Below are positions 29,761-39,492 of a stretch of DNA of 58,820 bases, piece by piece (the stretch's first letter is position 1; each line of letters begins with the position of its first letter). Under the pieces are notes generated by a model. It had not been told where the DNA came from, searched no databases, and saw nothing but the letters and a program-made list of their open reading frames with translations. The position numbers were made by a program, and so were the translations under genes. Source of the DNA: a virus (taxonomy: Duplodnaviria > Caudoviricetes); IMG/VR virus record IMGVR_UViG_3300042923_001809, positions 1 to 58,820 of that record, one strand, 5' to 3'.

Positions 29761-30957
29761 TTAAGCATGCTGCTGGAGAACCTTGATGGCTTCCGGCAGA
29801 ATTAGCTTGCCGTCTACGCGCTGTGTGGCAAGGAAACCAACCTGACCTGTGGTTGCGTAAAGCTCGTTAAGCCGTTTGAACGCCCGGCCCTGTCTGTCGG
29901 CAACCCAATAATAGCTGAAATCACCAAAAACGATACTCTTGGCGGATGCAGCTAGAACAGGCATATACGCGGAAGTGCGTATCGGTCTATTTAGGATGGT
30001 ATCGGGAGTTCCCGCCTGAAGGGAAGGCTGCCACAGATACTGTCCATTACCGTCCTTCAGTTTACGGATAGCTTTTATTGTGGCATCATTTAGTACAAAA
30101 ACTGCCCTATTCCGGTAAGGAGCTTTCAGGGAATAGAAAAGATCAAGTACTTCATCAATCGTGACAGCTGCAGCAGCCGCTGCTGTAACTCCAACCTGCG
30201 CACCACCCGTGGCTGCTAGAATTCCGGTTGGCTTACCGGTACCATCACCCGTGAAAAATGCCTCTTCTTCCTTATTACCAATCCGGCGAGCAAATTCCCT
30301 GGTTATATAAGCTTCCAAGTTAAAAACTGAGTCATTTAACAGTTCTTCGGATACCTTTATCAAGGTAGCCAACTTATAGGCTCCAATGGAAACCTGCCCA
30401 AAGCTGTCGTCACTCTCCGGAATGATGCCCTCTTCGTCAACCCAGCTTGCTGTACCCTTGGTAGCCACCACCGGTATCTTACGGTCTCCGGAAGATGTAA
30501 TGATAACATTGGCCAGTGAACGGAAAATATTCTCATCCTCCAATGCTTCTACAAGAGTCCTCTCAAACTCATCCGGTACAAGGTATCCGCCTTCGGAGTC
30601 AGTACCAATCTGCAGGGCATCCAGTACCTCGTATTTAGGTTTCTGTGAACGCATTGCATTCCAGAATGCTTTCTTATAATCGTTGGAGGCTCTTCCAATC
30701 TTTTCTTCTGTACCCTTTGTCGGGTCATTTGTGATAGGCTTTCCGGTAACTTTATTCAGTTCCGCATCAATGGCTGCCTGACGTTCCAATCGCTCGATCT
30801 CATGGCCCAGTGCCACAACATCCCCTTCCATTTTGTCATAAGTGGCAGTATCTTCAGCAGACAAAAGTCCATCGTTCCCTCTTTTTGTATCGAGAAATGC
30901 CTTCGTTGCGTCCCATGCTTTTGCACGCTTTTCACGAAGTTTTAAAATTTCGCTCAT
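29761..30957 (-). CDS. Major capsid protein (HK97 fold)
   Basis: EGGYLVP, LKDGNGQYLW, FGDFS, RVDGK. Confidence 0.96.
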   Translation of the reverse strand: MSEILKLREKRAKAWDATKAFLDTKRGNDGLLSAEDTATYDKMEGDVVALGHEIERLERQAAIDAELNKVTGKPITNDPTKGTEEKIGRASNDYKKAFWNAMRSQKPKYEVLDALQIGTDSEGGYLVPDEFERTLVEALEDENIFRSLANVIITSSGDRKIPVVATKGTASWVDEEGIIPESDDSFGQVSIGAYKLATLIKVSEELLNDSVFNLEAYITREFARRIGNKEEEAFFTGDGTGKPTGILAATGGAQVGVTAAAAAAVTIDEVLDLFYSLKAPYRNRAVFVLNDATIKAIRKLKDGNGQYLWQPSLQAGTPDTILNRPIRTSAYMPVLAASAKSIVFGDFSYYWVADRQGRAFKRLNELYATTGQVGFLATQRVDGKLILPEAIKVLQQHA

Positions 30958-30977
30958 AGTTGTTATCCTCCTTGAAT

Positions 30978-31685
30978 TTAGTGAGAAATTAAAGAGAGCC
31001 GCTGATAAAGCGACTCAATCGGGGTTCCAGTCTTCGGTTTTACTTTCTGTTGTTTAGGGATTTTCCCAAGTAGGGAGTTGGTAACGGCTGTACGAGAAAA
31101 AATAAGCACCTGACCGGTATCAAGAGAGCTTCGTTCCCCCTCAGCACTAAACAGGATTTTATCAGCAAAACCAAGCTCAATGGCTTTGTTGGCATTCATC
31201 CACGTTTCAGCATCCATAAGGTGTGATAGCTTTGTGCGTGCAAGCCCGGACTTTAACTCGTAAGCATTGATAATGCTTTCCTTAACCTCATCCAGGAGGG
31301 CTTTGGCACGAAGCATTTCCTCGCTGTCACCGATGGCTATTGTACTTGGATTGTGAATCATCAGCATAGATACCGGTGACATATACACATCTCCTCCCGC
31401 CATTGCGATAACACTTGCTGCAGAAGCTGCAAGCCCGTCAATCTTGACTGTGACACGCCCTTTATAATCCATGAGCATGTTGTAAATCTGAGCAGCTGCA
31501 AACACATCTCCGCCGGGGGAATTGATCCAAACCGTAACATTTCCGCTACCCGCCTCCAGCTCATCTTTAAATATCTTTGGTGTAATTTCGTCACCCCACC
31601 AGGTTTCATCAGAAATGACCCCATTGAGATAAAGAGTACGTTCTTCACTGTCCTCAACACGCACCCAATTCCAGAACTTTTTCAT
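30978..31685 (-). CDS. ClpP-type head maturation protease
   Basis: INSPGGDVF, LAASAASVIAMAG, MIHNP. Confidence 0.95.
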   Translation of the reverse strand: MKKFWNWVRVEDSEERTLYLNGVISDETWWGDEITPKIFKDELEAGSGNVTVWINSPGGDVFAAAQIYNMLMDYKGRVTVKIDGLAASAASVIAMAGGDVYMSPVSMLMIHNPSTIAIGDSEEMLRAKALLDEVKESIINAYELKSGLARTKLSHLMDAETWMNANKAIELGFADKILFSAEGERSSLDTGQVLIFSRTAVTNSLLGKIPKQQKVKPKTGTPIESLYQRLSLISH

Positions 31686-32932
31686 CTGGTTTCCTCCTTT
31701 CCTGCCTTATTGGCAAATAGGCCAGCATCGGCCAGTTTCGTCATGTTTCCGTTGATCAGATACAAGTCACCGCCCTCCTCCGGCGAGATACGGTTCATGT
31801 TCTCAAGCTCTCTTATGTCGTTGGCAGATAGCCAGCCGTTCTGCCGTCCTGTTGCATAGCCTGTCATACGGCTCTGATAATCACCACGTAGTAGACCATC
31901 CAGATTGAACTTGATGAACAGAGACGATTTCTCAGATGGCATCAGCAAGGACTGCTGCAATGCCTGTTCCCATCGAACCACCCACGGATCCAGGGTGTAT
32001 TTTACGAACTCCAGAGACTGCTGCTCGATATTGCTAAAGCTGGACTTTTCTAAATCGCCAACCATATGTGGAGGAACTCTGAATATACGGGCAATTTCAT
32101 TAATCTGAAACTTCCGTGTTTCAAGAAACTGTGCCTGTTCAGGAGGGATTGACATCTGTTGGAACTTCAAACCCTCCTCAAGAACAGCCACCTTGTGGGC
32201 GTTTACACCGGAAAACTGGGCTTGCCAGCTCTCTCTTAAGCGGTCTGGATCCTTTACCACGCCAGGATGTTCAAGGACACCGCCTGGATTTGCACCATTA
32301 GCAAAAAAGGAAGCTCCGTACTCCTCAGTAGCCAGAGACATACCAATAGCATTCTTAGCCATAGCAATGGGACTGTAACCGATAAGCCCATCAAAACCCA
32401 AGCCAGGGATATGCAGAATTTCATCACTTCTGAGGGTAATATAACCTCCCTTTGGATTTATTCCGCTTTCATCTGCATCACGGTAATAGGTATAAACCAT
32501 TGCACCACTCACACTACGACTCACTTCCATCTTGCTCGGTAATAAAGGATAAAGTGCTACTGCCTGCCCACGCCCATTACGAAGTATTTGAGCATAGGCA
32601 TTGCCCCAAATTAAAAGATGACCCATCAGTGTCTCTCGGAACACGAATGAGGTCATCTCCGGATTTGGTTCATCATGAAGAAGGTAATACAAAGGATGGG
32701 AAGGAATCTTTTCCTTTCCACCATCGGAACGGTATCGGTACAAATGGAGTGGAAGTCCCGCAATAGCTTCTGAAAGTATCCTCACACAGGCATACACTGC
32801 AGTAGTCTGCATTGCAGTCCGTTCGTTAACACTCTTACCACTGCTGGTACTGCCAAACAAAAATGATGATCCAAATCCTAAGCGGTTCTTAGGCTTATCA
32901 CGAGATTTGAATAGTCCTGAAAGTAAATTCAT
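31682..32932 (-). CDS. Portal protein (HK97 family)
   Basis: VYACVRILSE.IA.LP, GNAY, IARIFRVPP. Confidence 0.96.
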   Translation of the reverse strand: MNLLSGLFKSRDKPKNRLGFGSSFLFGSTSSGKSVNERTAMQTTAVYACVRILSEAIAGLPLHLYRYRSDGGKEKIPSHPLYYLLHDEPNPEMTSFVFRETLMGHLLIWGNAYAQILRNGRGQAVALYPLLPSKMEVSRSVSGAMVYTYYRDADESGINPKGGYITLRSDEILHIPGLGFDGLIGYSPIAMAKNAIGMSLATEEYGASFFANGANPGGVLEHPGVVKDPDRLRESWQAQFSGVNAHKVAVLEEGLKFQQMSIPPEQAQFLETRKFQINEIARIFRVPPHMVGDLEKSSFSNIEQQSLEFVKYTLDPWVVRWEQALQQSLLMPSEKSSLFIKFNLDGLLRGDYQSRMTGYATGRQNGWLSANDIRELENMNRISPEEGGDLYLINGNMTKLADAGLFANKAGKEETR

Positions 32933-34536
32933 AATATTAATAACCCCCTATTGTCATATACAGATTCTCCACTACCTGAACCACATCGAAGAGCACGGTC
33001 AAGCGCCATGATGGTTGCAACCGCTCCATCTATCTTCTCCGTGCTCTTTTCCTTATCCGGTTTGATATTGCCAGCCGGATCAGTTCGAATAAAAATGTTA
33101 TCCATCATCCATCGGAGTACAGGGTGACCGCCATGAGCAATTTTCTCTTCCAATGTCAGCTTCATTAGTTCCTTTGTGGGTGGGCTCATATCCTTAAATC
33201 CCTGTCCAAATGGAACCACTGTAAAGCCTAAGCCTTCCAGGTTCTGAACCATCTGCACTGCACCCCATCGGTCAAAGGCTATTTCACGAATGTTAAATTT
33301 CACTCCCAATTTCTCTATGAAGTGTTCAATAAAACCGTAATGTACTACATTTCCCTCCGTGGTCATGAGGTGTCCCTGCTTTTCCCACAAATCATACTGA
33401 ACGTGATCACGGCGAACCCGTAAATTAATGTTATCCTCCGGTATCCAGAAGAAGGGTAGGATTTCATATTTCTCACTTTCTGTTATTGGAGGGAATACCA
33501 GTACAAATGCTGTGATGTCAGTGGTAGAGGATAGATCCAGTCCGCCGTAGCAAACTCTGCCTTCAAGGTTTTTTCCTTCAACGGAAAAGGCACAGGCGTC
33601 CCATCTTGCCATGGGCATCCAGCGCACTGCCTGCTTCACCCACTGATTGAGCCGAAGCTGACGGAAGCTATTCTCCTCTGCAGGGTTCTGTTTTGCTGAC
33701 TCACAGGCTGCCTTAACTTTATCAATCGCGACTGTAATTCCAAGAGATGGGTTGGCTTTCTTCCACACCTTAGGATCAGTCCAGTCCTCATCCTCTTTAG
33801 CTCCGTAAATTACAGGGTAAAAGGTCATATCTTTTTTGCGGCCTTCCAAAATATCCAGTGCCTTTTGGTGGGTTTCGTAGCAAATGCTTTGTGTGTCAGT
33901 TCCTGCTGTAGTGATTAGAAAATACAGTGGTTGCATTCTTGCGTCCCCTGACCCTTTTGTCATAACATCAAATAGCTTCCGATTTGGCTGCGTATGGAGC
34001 TCATCGAATACTACCCCGTGTATGTTAAAGCCATGTTTTGAATATGCTTCTGCAGAAAGCACCTGATAGAAGCTGTTGGTAGGAAGATATACCAAGCGCT
34101 TAGTGGAGGCTAAAAGCTTTACTCTTCTAGAAAGAGCCGGACACATCCGCACCATATCAGCTGCCACCTCAAATACGATGGATGCCTGTTGGCGGTCTGC
34201 AGCACAACCATACACCTCTGCTCGCTCCTCCCCATCTCCGCAAGTAAGAAGAAGGGCGATTGCAGCAGCAAGTTCACTTTTTCCCATCTTTTTAGGAATT
34301 TCCACATAAGTTGTATTGAACTGCCGATAACCGTTAGGTTTGAGTATTCCAAACAAATCCCTTACAATCTGCTCCTGCCAATCAATAAGTTCAAAAGACT
34401 TCCCTGCCCAGGACCCCTTCGTATGAGATAGTGCTTCAATAAATGAAACCGCATAGTCAGCAGCCTTCTTATCATAATAAGAGTCTTTGCACATAAAGGC
34501 AGTTGGTTTGTACTTTTTCAATTTCCGCAAAAGCAT
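32929..34536 (-). CDS. terL: Terminase large subunit
   Basis: PKKMGKSEL Walker A, FDELH, ITTAG, GLDLS, KIDG.VA. Confidence 0.96.
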   Translation of the reverse strand: MLLRKLKKYKPTAFMCKDSYYDKKAADYAVSFIEALSHTKGSWAGKSFELIDWQEQIVRDLFGILKPNGYRQFNTTYVEIPKKMGKSELAAAIALLLTCGDGEERAEVYGCAADRQQASIVFEVAADMVRMCPALSRRVKLLASTKRLVYLPTNSFYQVLSAEAYSKHGFNIHGVVFDELHTQPNRKLFDVMTKGSGDARMQPLYFLITTAGTDTQSICYETHQKALDILEGRKKDMTFYPVIYGAKEDEDWTDPKVWKKANPSLGITVAIDKVKAACESAKQNPAEENSFRQLRLNQWVKQAVRWMPMARWDACAFSVEGKNLEGRVCYGGLDLSSTTDITAFVLVFPPITESEKYEILPFFWIPEDNINLRVRRDHVQYDLWEKQGHLMTTEGNVVHYGFIEHFIEKLGVKFNIREIAFDRWGAVQMVQNLEGLGFTVVPFGQGFKDMSPPTKELMKLTLEEKIAHGGHPVLRWMMDNIFIRTDPAGNIKPDKEKSTEKIDGAVATIMALDRALRCGSGSGESVYDNRGLLIL

Positions 34537-34640
34537 CATCTCCTCTAATAAAACAGGCAAAAGCAAAGAGCCTGTTATAAAGCCCTTTGCTTTTGCCCGT
34601 TTTCAGTTGTTAATATTTTAAGTTTCGACTGCCTTTCCTG

Positions 34641-34802
34641 TTAAGATAAATCGGTGTATTCTGCTTTATGTTCAATGAGATACACTATGAGTTCATAATA
34701 TCCAAGCTCATTTGCAATATATTGCACTCTCGGGATATCAAACATGTTTGTGATACCGCTGCTTCGTATGGCCAGAATCTGTTTCTTTACCTTATCATTC
34801 AT
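34641..34802 (-). CDS. DUF5049-like small protein (possible 3' frameshift)
   Basis: QILAIR.SG.TNMFD..VQ.IA...GYYEL. Confidence 0.7.
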   Translation of the reverse strand: MNDKVKKQILAIRSSGITNMFDIPRVQYIANELGYYELIVYLIEHKAEYTDLS

Positions 34803-35259
34803 TTTCAGCATCCTCTGATTCAACGGAAGCCTTTGTAGCCTTACGCAGGATATCCAAGTTAAAACCAGCATCCTTATAGCCTTCCATTATTGTTGTATAG
34901 TAATAGCTGCTTGGCTGCCCAAACGGTCGTCCTTCATTCATAATATAAGCAAAAGCCTTAATGGATTTTCCTTTCAGTTTCACTTGAATCGTTTCCTTAC
35001 GGTAAAGAAATGGCCACCCCTCATAACGGTCAAGAGAAGTTTCATCGGCAGGTGTCACCTCCCATACTAATACCGGTACTCTTCCACCTTTGAATGGTTC
35101 TACGGTAGCCACTGATGCAGCATGAGCACCCCGAAACAGAAGCCTATAATCCTTCATTTCACTTGCCCCGACGATTCTTGCCGTGGGGCATCGATATGAC
35201 ATTTGCTTTAAATTTAAATTTGATCCGTAGGCAAGGTACAATCTTATATTCTTATCCAT
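34795..35259 (-). CDS. Gamma-glutamylcyclotransferase (AIG2-like) protein
   Basis: YLAYGSNL, LDRYEG.P..Y. Confidence 0.9.
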   Translation of the reverse strand: MDKNIRLYLAYGSNLNLKQMSYRCPTARIVGASEMKDYRLLFRGAHAASVATVEPFKGGRVPVLVWEVTPADETSLDRYEGWPFLYRKETIQVKLKGKSIKAFAYIMNEGRPFGQPSSYYYTTIMEGYKDAGFNLDILRKATKASVESEDAENE

Positions 35260-35290
35260 TCTCGTTTTCCTCCATCATTCTTTCGCTTTT

Positions 35291-36190
35291 TCAGGCTGCC
35301 CGAAATCGCCATGCCGCCGACCCATCCAAATGCGCAATCAGATGTTCACGGCAGTTAGCAAATTCGTCACCGATGAAGCCGATGCGGTTTAAATAAGTCC
35401 GCATTGCAAACTTCTCATTCTCAGTCTGCGGTTTTCTTGCTGATGCACATTTCTGAGTCAACGCCTGATTGTTTAGTGCAAGGGCAAGAACAATGTAACT
35501 CCTAATCTTACCTGCATGAAGCTCCGAATTAAATCCCCTGAGTTCCACGGTGTGGTTTCCGGTAAAGAAGCTGTGGAGGTTTAGGAAGTGATATCGACTT
35601 TGATGGTAGTGTTGGCTACGTGTTTCACTGTATCCTTCATACCAGATCTCCTCAATCGCACGCATTTTCTTTGGTTTCTTTCGGTTCATCTTTTCTACCA
35701 AGAGGCTATCCATCTTTTTGCAATAACCCATTCTCGCAGGTGCTATTTGCAGGGCCTTGTAGAAAAGGTCATTCTTGCTTGCAATGATATTCACAAAGTT
35801 GCGGATGCTCCTTGGTGTATGGTTTGACCCATCAAGGTGAATGTGGATGCCGCATGACGAATTTGCAACTCCCCCTGCGTGTCGGAGCTGCCGAACCAGT
35901 TCCTGCAAGGTTTCAATATCCTCCTTGTAGGTTAGTACCGGACTGACCAGCTCTACACTGTACTCCTTGGTTGCAACGACCTTTGTTCCTCCCTGCTTTT
36001 TCTCGCAGGCTATACTTCCATCGTACATCAGCTTCCAAACCCTGCCGTCGGGAGCAGTTACCATCTTGGTGTCATAATAGTCGCCTGCCTCAGTAATTGT
36101 TCCGTGCAGATATTCAGCAGCTACCTTCGCAGCTTCTTTTCTTGTTATCCCAGTAAATTCGATTTCAATTCCAAATCTGCTTGTAAACAT
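35291..36190 (-). CDS. Amidoligase (COOH-NH2 ligase type 2)
   Basis: FGIEIE, DGSI, ELVSP, CGIHIH, RYHFLN, TVELR. Confidence 0.92.
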   Translation of the reverse strand: MFTSRFGIEIEFTGITRKEAAKVAAEYLHGTITEAGDYYDTKMVTAPDGRVWKLMYDGSIACEKKQGGTKVVATKEYSVELVSPVLTYKEDIETLQELVRQLRHAGGVANSSCGIHIHLDGSNHTPRSIRNFVNIIASKNDLFYKALQIAPARMGYCKKMDSLLVEKMNRKKPKKMRAIEEIWYEGYSETRSQHYHQSRYHFLNLHSFFTGNHTVELRGFNSELHAGKIRSYIVLALALNNQALTQKCASARKPQTENEKFAMRTYLNRIGFIGDEFANCREHLIAHLDGSAAWRFRAA

Positions 36191-36246
36191 TGTTGTCTTC
36201 CTCCTTAAAGTGATGTGCTTTTTGCGCGTTATTGCTTTTCGCATGT

Positions 36247-36279
36247 ACATATATCACTCTAAATAGGGATAATATCAAG
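36247..36279 (-). promoter_or_regulatory. Promoter motif class B upstream of the amidoligase
   Basis: acatatatcactct-N12-tatcaag. Confidence 0.65.
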
Positions 36280-36341
36280 CGATATTAAGAGAATAAAAGA
36301 CACAAATAGTCAGCTGTAACTGTCCTTTAAAATGTGTACTT

Positions 36342-36566
36342 TTAAGGTTTTTTGATGCTATCCTCTCCGTACACCACACCAAGAGTCGAGCCACAATCCC
36401 AATTGCAGAAAATAGTTCCAATATCATCAATAACTGAAACCGCTCCTTGATCGCCCGGCTTGAGCTTCGAATAAGGATCATCCATGTGTACCAGTTCAAC
36501 TCGAGTTCCAATAGGGTATTCCCTACGGAGCTTTTCTACCATTTCTTTTGATAGGAACTTATTCAT
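36342..36566 (-). CDS. DUF4314-like protein
   Basis: YPIGTRVEL.HMDDP, IDDIGT, WD.GS.L. Confidence 0.85.
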   Translation of the reverse strand: MNKFLSKEMVEKLRREYPIGTRVELVHMDDPYSKLKPGDQGAVSVIDDIGTIFCNWDCGSTLGVVYGEDSIKKP

Positions 36567-37326
36567 CTGCACTCACCTCTGTCTTTGCCTTCCCATTCTT
36601 GAAAGCGCTGTTTCCCGAGAGGTTCCGTAGTAAAATTTTACGTGTAACTTTGTATTCATTACCCACGAATCCTAACCTTATAAGGAATACACGAAAAGCG
36701 AACTTCTCATTATCTACAGGTTTCTCCTTCGCTGTCACCCTCGACTGCTCTTTAGCTGCTTTACATAACGCACTGATAAAATGTAAATAAGCAGCCACCT
36801 CATCTCCAGTTGATTCAGCGGAGAACCAAGGGAAATTAATTGTTGTTTCTGTTTTCTCAATAGAGAGTTTATCCGTAACGATGGCTCTCTTGATGAGCTC
36901 TGCCTTGCTGGCAATCATCCGCTCCAAGTTCTTAAGGGAGCTCTCATTAAAGCCATCTAATGGAATTTCAATTGTAATCCTGTCTAGACCTTCGTTTGGA
37001 GAAGGACCGTCATAACAATAATCACAGTCATAATTTCTCTGAGGTACCAACTCAGGTATATAAATCTCTACCGGCTCCTCCATAAGTTCTTCGATTACAA
37101 ATGCCCTTCCACTTTCGGGATCGACAAATCCCCTCTCTGCCAGAGCATCTAACAGCTCCTGCGTAAGTTCCCCAGAAAGCTCTCCATACTTGCCAATGGT
37201 AAGATCCCCTACCGCATAGTCGAAGGAGGGAGCACCCTTGTATTCCAGTTCATTATTCATAATCTCACCGACCGCTATGGCTAGTTCCTTTCGGCTCGTG
37301 CTTCTTAAGTTGTAATGAGCAATCAT
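36559..37326 (-). CDS. Conserved phage protein (virulence-related protein family)
   Basis: RKEL..A, NEKFAFRVFLIRLGF.G.EYK..RK.LL.NLSG. Confidence 0.75.
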   Translation of the reverse strand: MIAHYNLRSTSRKELAIAVGEIMNNELEYKGAPSFDYAVGDLTIGKYGELSGELTQELLDALAERGFVDPESGRAFVIEELMEEPVEIYIPELVPQRNYDCDYCYDGPSPNEGLDRITIEIPLDGFNESSLKNLERMIASKAELIKRAIVTDKLSIEKTETTINFPWFSAESTGDEVAAYLHFISALCKAAKEQSRVTAKEKPVDNEKFAFRVFLIRLGFVGNEYKVTRKILLRNLSGNSAFKNGKAKTEVSADE

Positions 37327-37355
37327 AAAATTACCTACCTTTCATTTTGGTAGTT

Positions 37356-37388
37356 ACATATATCACTCTGAAACTGTTAAATATCAAG
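37356..37388 (-). promoter_or_regulatory. Promoter motif class B
   Basis: acatatatcactct-N12-tatcaag; conserved blocks identical to 36247-36279. Confidence 0.65.
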
Positions 37389-37431
37389 TGTTTTATGATA
37401 GTGATTATAAGAAATCAAAGCCAAGGGTACG

Positions 37432-38676
37432 TTAACTATTCAAGTCTGAAACCTGTATATCATCAAAATGTACTTTATTACCGCCACGGATGAGATATAC
37501 ATTCTCCGCACTTCCTACTAGTTCAATATATCGTCTTGTAACCACGTCGCAGAATTTTTCATCCAGCTCTGTCATGTAGCAACTCCTACCTGTTTGTTCG
37601 CAGGCAATTAGTGTAGATCCGCTTCCTCCAAATGGATCAAGAACAATGCATCCGGTCATGCTGGAGTTTAGTATTGGATAAGCCAAAAGCGGTACCGGCT
37701 TCATGGTAGGATGGTCTGCGTTTTTCCTCGGTTTGTCAAATTCCCATATGGTCGATTGCTTGCGATCGGAGTACCATGAGTGCTTGCCTGACTTCTTCCA
37801 TCCAAAGAGAACCGGCTCATGTTGCCATTGATACGGTGAGCGTCCCAAAACTAGCGATTGCTTTTTCCAGATGCATGTGCCTGAGAGATAGAACCCAGCA
37901 TCCGCAAACGCTCTTCTGAAATTAAGTCCCTCGGTATCTGCATGAAATACATAAATAGACGCGTCCTTTGCCATCACCTTTTCAGCGAGGCAGAACGCGT
38001 CCAATAGGAACTTATAAAATTTTTCATCAGCCATATTATCATTTTTAATTTTACCCGCTGTTCCTTCGTAATTGACATTATACGGTGGATCCGTTACCAC
38101 AAGGTTAGCCAGGTTTCCATCCATGAGCAGGTCGTAGGTTTCCTGCCTTGTGCTGTCACCACAGACAAGTCGGTGTCTGCCCAAAAGCCATAAATCACCG
38201 GGCTTTGTTACCGCAGGTTTTTGTAGTTCACTATCAACATCAAAGTCATCATCCTTGACATCATCAACAGTACCCATCAGCTTATTTAATTCTGCATCGT
38301 CAAAGCCCAGGAGTGACACATCAAAGTCGGCAGCTTGTAAATCAGCAATCTCCACCGATAACATTTGCTCATCCCATCCCGCATTCATTGCGAGGCGGTT
38401 ATCGGCAAGTATGTATGCTCTTTTCTGCGCTTCCGTTAGATACTCTGCAAAGACACAAGGTACTTCCGTTACTCCTTCTTCCTTTGCAGCAAGAATTCGT
38501 CCATGGCCCGCTATAATGTTCAGGTCTTTATCTACGATGACAGGATTGACAAATCCAAATTCACGCAGGGAAGATCGAAGTTGGAGTATCTGCTCCTTAC
38601 TATGTGTACGTGCATTCCTGGCATAAGGCACAAGCCGATCTATATTAACTTTTTCAAAGCGTTCCGTTGTGTTCAT
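37432..38676 (-). CDS. ParB-N + N6/N4 DNA methyltransferase
   Basis: PYARNAR.H, IAGHGR; TDPPYN, HPTMKP, LDPFGGSGST. Confidence 0.94.
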   Translation of the reverse strand: MNTTERFEKVNIDRLVPYARNARTHSKEQILQLRSSLREFGFVNPVIVDKDLNIIAGHGRILAAKEEGVTEVPCVFAEYLTEAQKRAYILADNRLAMNAGWDEQMLSVEIADLQAADFDVSLLGFDDAELNKLMGTVDDVKDDDFDVDSELQKPAVTKPGDLWLLGRHRLVCGDSTRQETYDLLMDGNLANLVVTDPPYNVNYEGTAGKIKNDNMADEKFYKFLLDAFCLAEKVMAKDASIYVFHADTEGLNFRRAFADAGFYLSGTCIWKKQSLVLGRSPYQWQHEPVLFGWKKSGKHSWYSDRKQSTIWEFDKPRKNADHPTMKPVPLLAYPILNSSMTGCIVLDPFGGSGSTLIACEQTGRSCYMTELDEKFCDVVTRRYIELVGSAENVYLIRGGNKVHFDDIQVSDLNS

Positions 38677-39260
38677 ACGTTATACCGTCCTTTCCTACCT
38701 GACAGCAGAGCCTCCATGATATCATCCTGCGGATTGCTGGTAAAAGCAGTTGTACAATTTTGCTTTACTATGTCAAAAATCTCATACCATATGAGATTTG
38801 CCTGTTTCTGAAACGACTGACTCATCTGTACAAAAGGACTTGCAATAGCGCCACCCGTGGTTGGATGCTTCCCTAAAAGCCCGTAAGTACTTATGGCTTC
38901 CTCGCATTGAATATAACGGGTGAATGCCTGGGCATATGCTTCAATCAGCCTGGGATTGACGAATTTCTCACACCCGCGATCCTTTAACCATCTCCATGTT
39001 TCTTTAAACAGAGCATCGGCGCCCAGTGGTCTTCCATCCTTCTGCCTTGTACTTAGGTATTCACTTGGTTCTGGCATATCCTCACCATTTAAATCCGCTG
39101 CATCCTCCAAATCATCTGCCTCCAGTATTGACTCGGGATGTAAGTCAGGAACCTCTAATACCCTAGCCGCCTTCCCTAAAGGGATTTTATCTGCAAGAGG
39201 TTTCGGTTTATCACCAGCACGAACCCTGCGGCCGCCTCTGTTAGTTCCATCTTTAGCCAT
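38673..39260 (-). CDS. terS: Terminase small subunit (P27-like)
   Basis: GTNRGG.R..AG.K.K start; position between HNH and terL. Confidence 0.85.
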   Translation of the reverse strand: MAKDGTNRGGRRVRAGDKPKPLADKIPLGKAARVLEVPDLHPESILEADDLEDAADLNGEDMPEPSEYLSTRQKDGRPLGADALFKETWRWLKDRGCEKFVNPRLIEAYAQAFTRYIQCEEAISTYGLLGKHPTTGGAIASPFVQMSQSFQKQANLIWYEIFDIVKQNCTTAFTSNPQDDIMEALLSGRKGRYNV

Positions 39261-39289
39261 ACCCTTCACCTCCCTGGGTCAATCCCTCG

Positions 39290-39370
39290 TTTGAACTGTG
39301 ATTTTTGTGCGTGTGACCCCACGCCCGTTCCTCAATTGATAAGTCACAGAGATCTCTACCCCCCCCTTCC
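39290..39370. other. Probable cos/packaging region
   Basis: GC-rich motif with a G-run (minus strand) just upstream of terS, as in HNH-associated cos phages. Confidence 0.5.
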
Positions 39371-39405
39371 CAAATAAAAATATTAGTTATCTTCTTGTTA
39401 TCTAC

Positions 39406-39434
39406 TTGACAACAAATACGAAACCTGTTATTAT
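39406..39434 (+). promoter_or_regulatory. Sigma-A promoter of the + strand moron
   Basis: TTGACA-17-TATTAT with extended TG; palindrome GTTGATATC-N5-GATATCAAC at 39446-39468. Confidence 0.7.
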
Positions 39435-39492
39435 ACATTTATCAAGTTGATATCTTCTTGATATCAACCAAAAAATCAGGAGGTAACATATT

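Noticed and set aside
38150-38626. Long antisense/overlapping ORFs (also 40005-40505, 42767-43261, 43675-44121, 50990-51232 and others)
   Set aside because: Shadows of well-supported genes or of structured intergenic DNA, with no motifs or clear RBS
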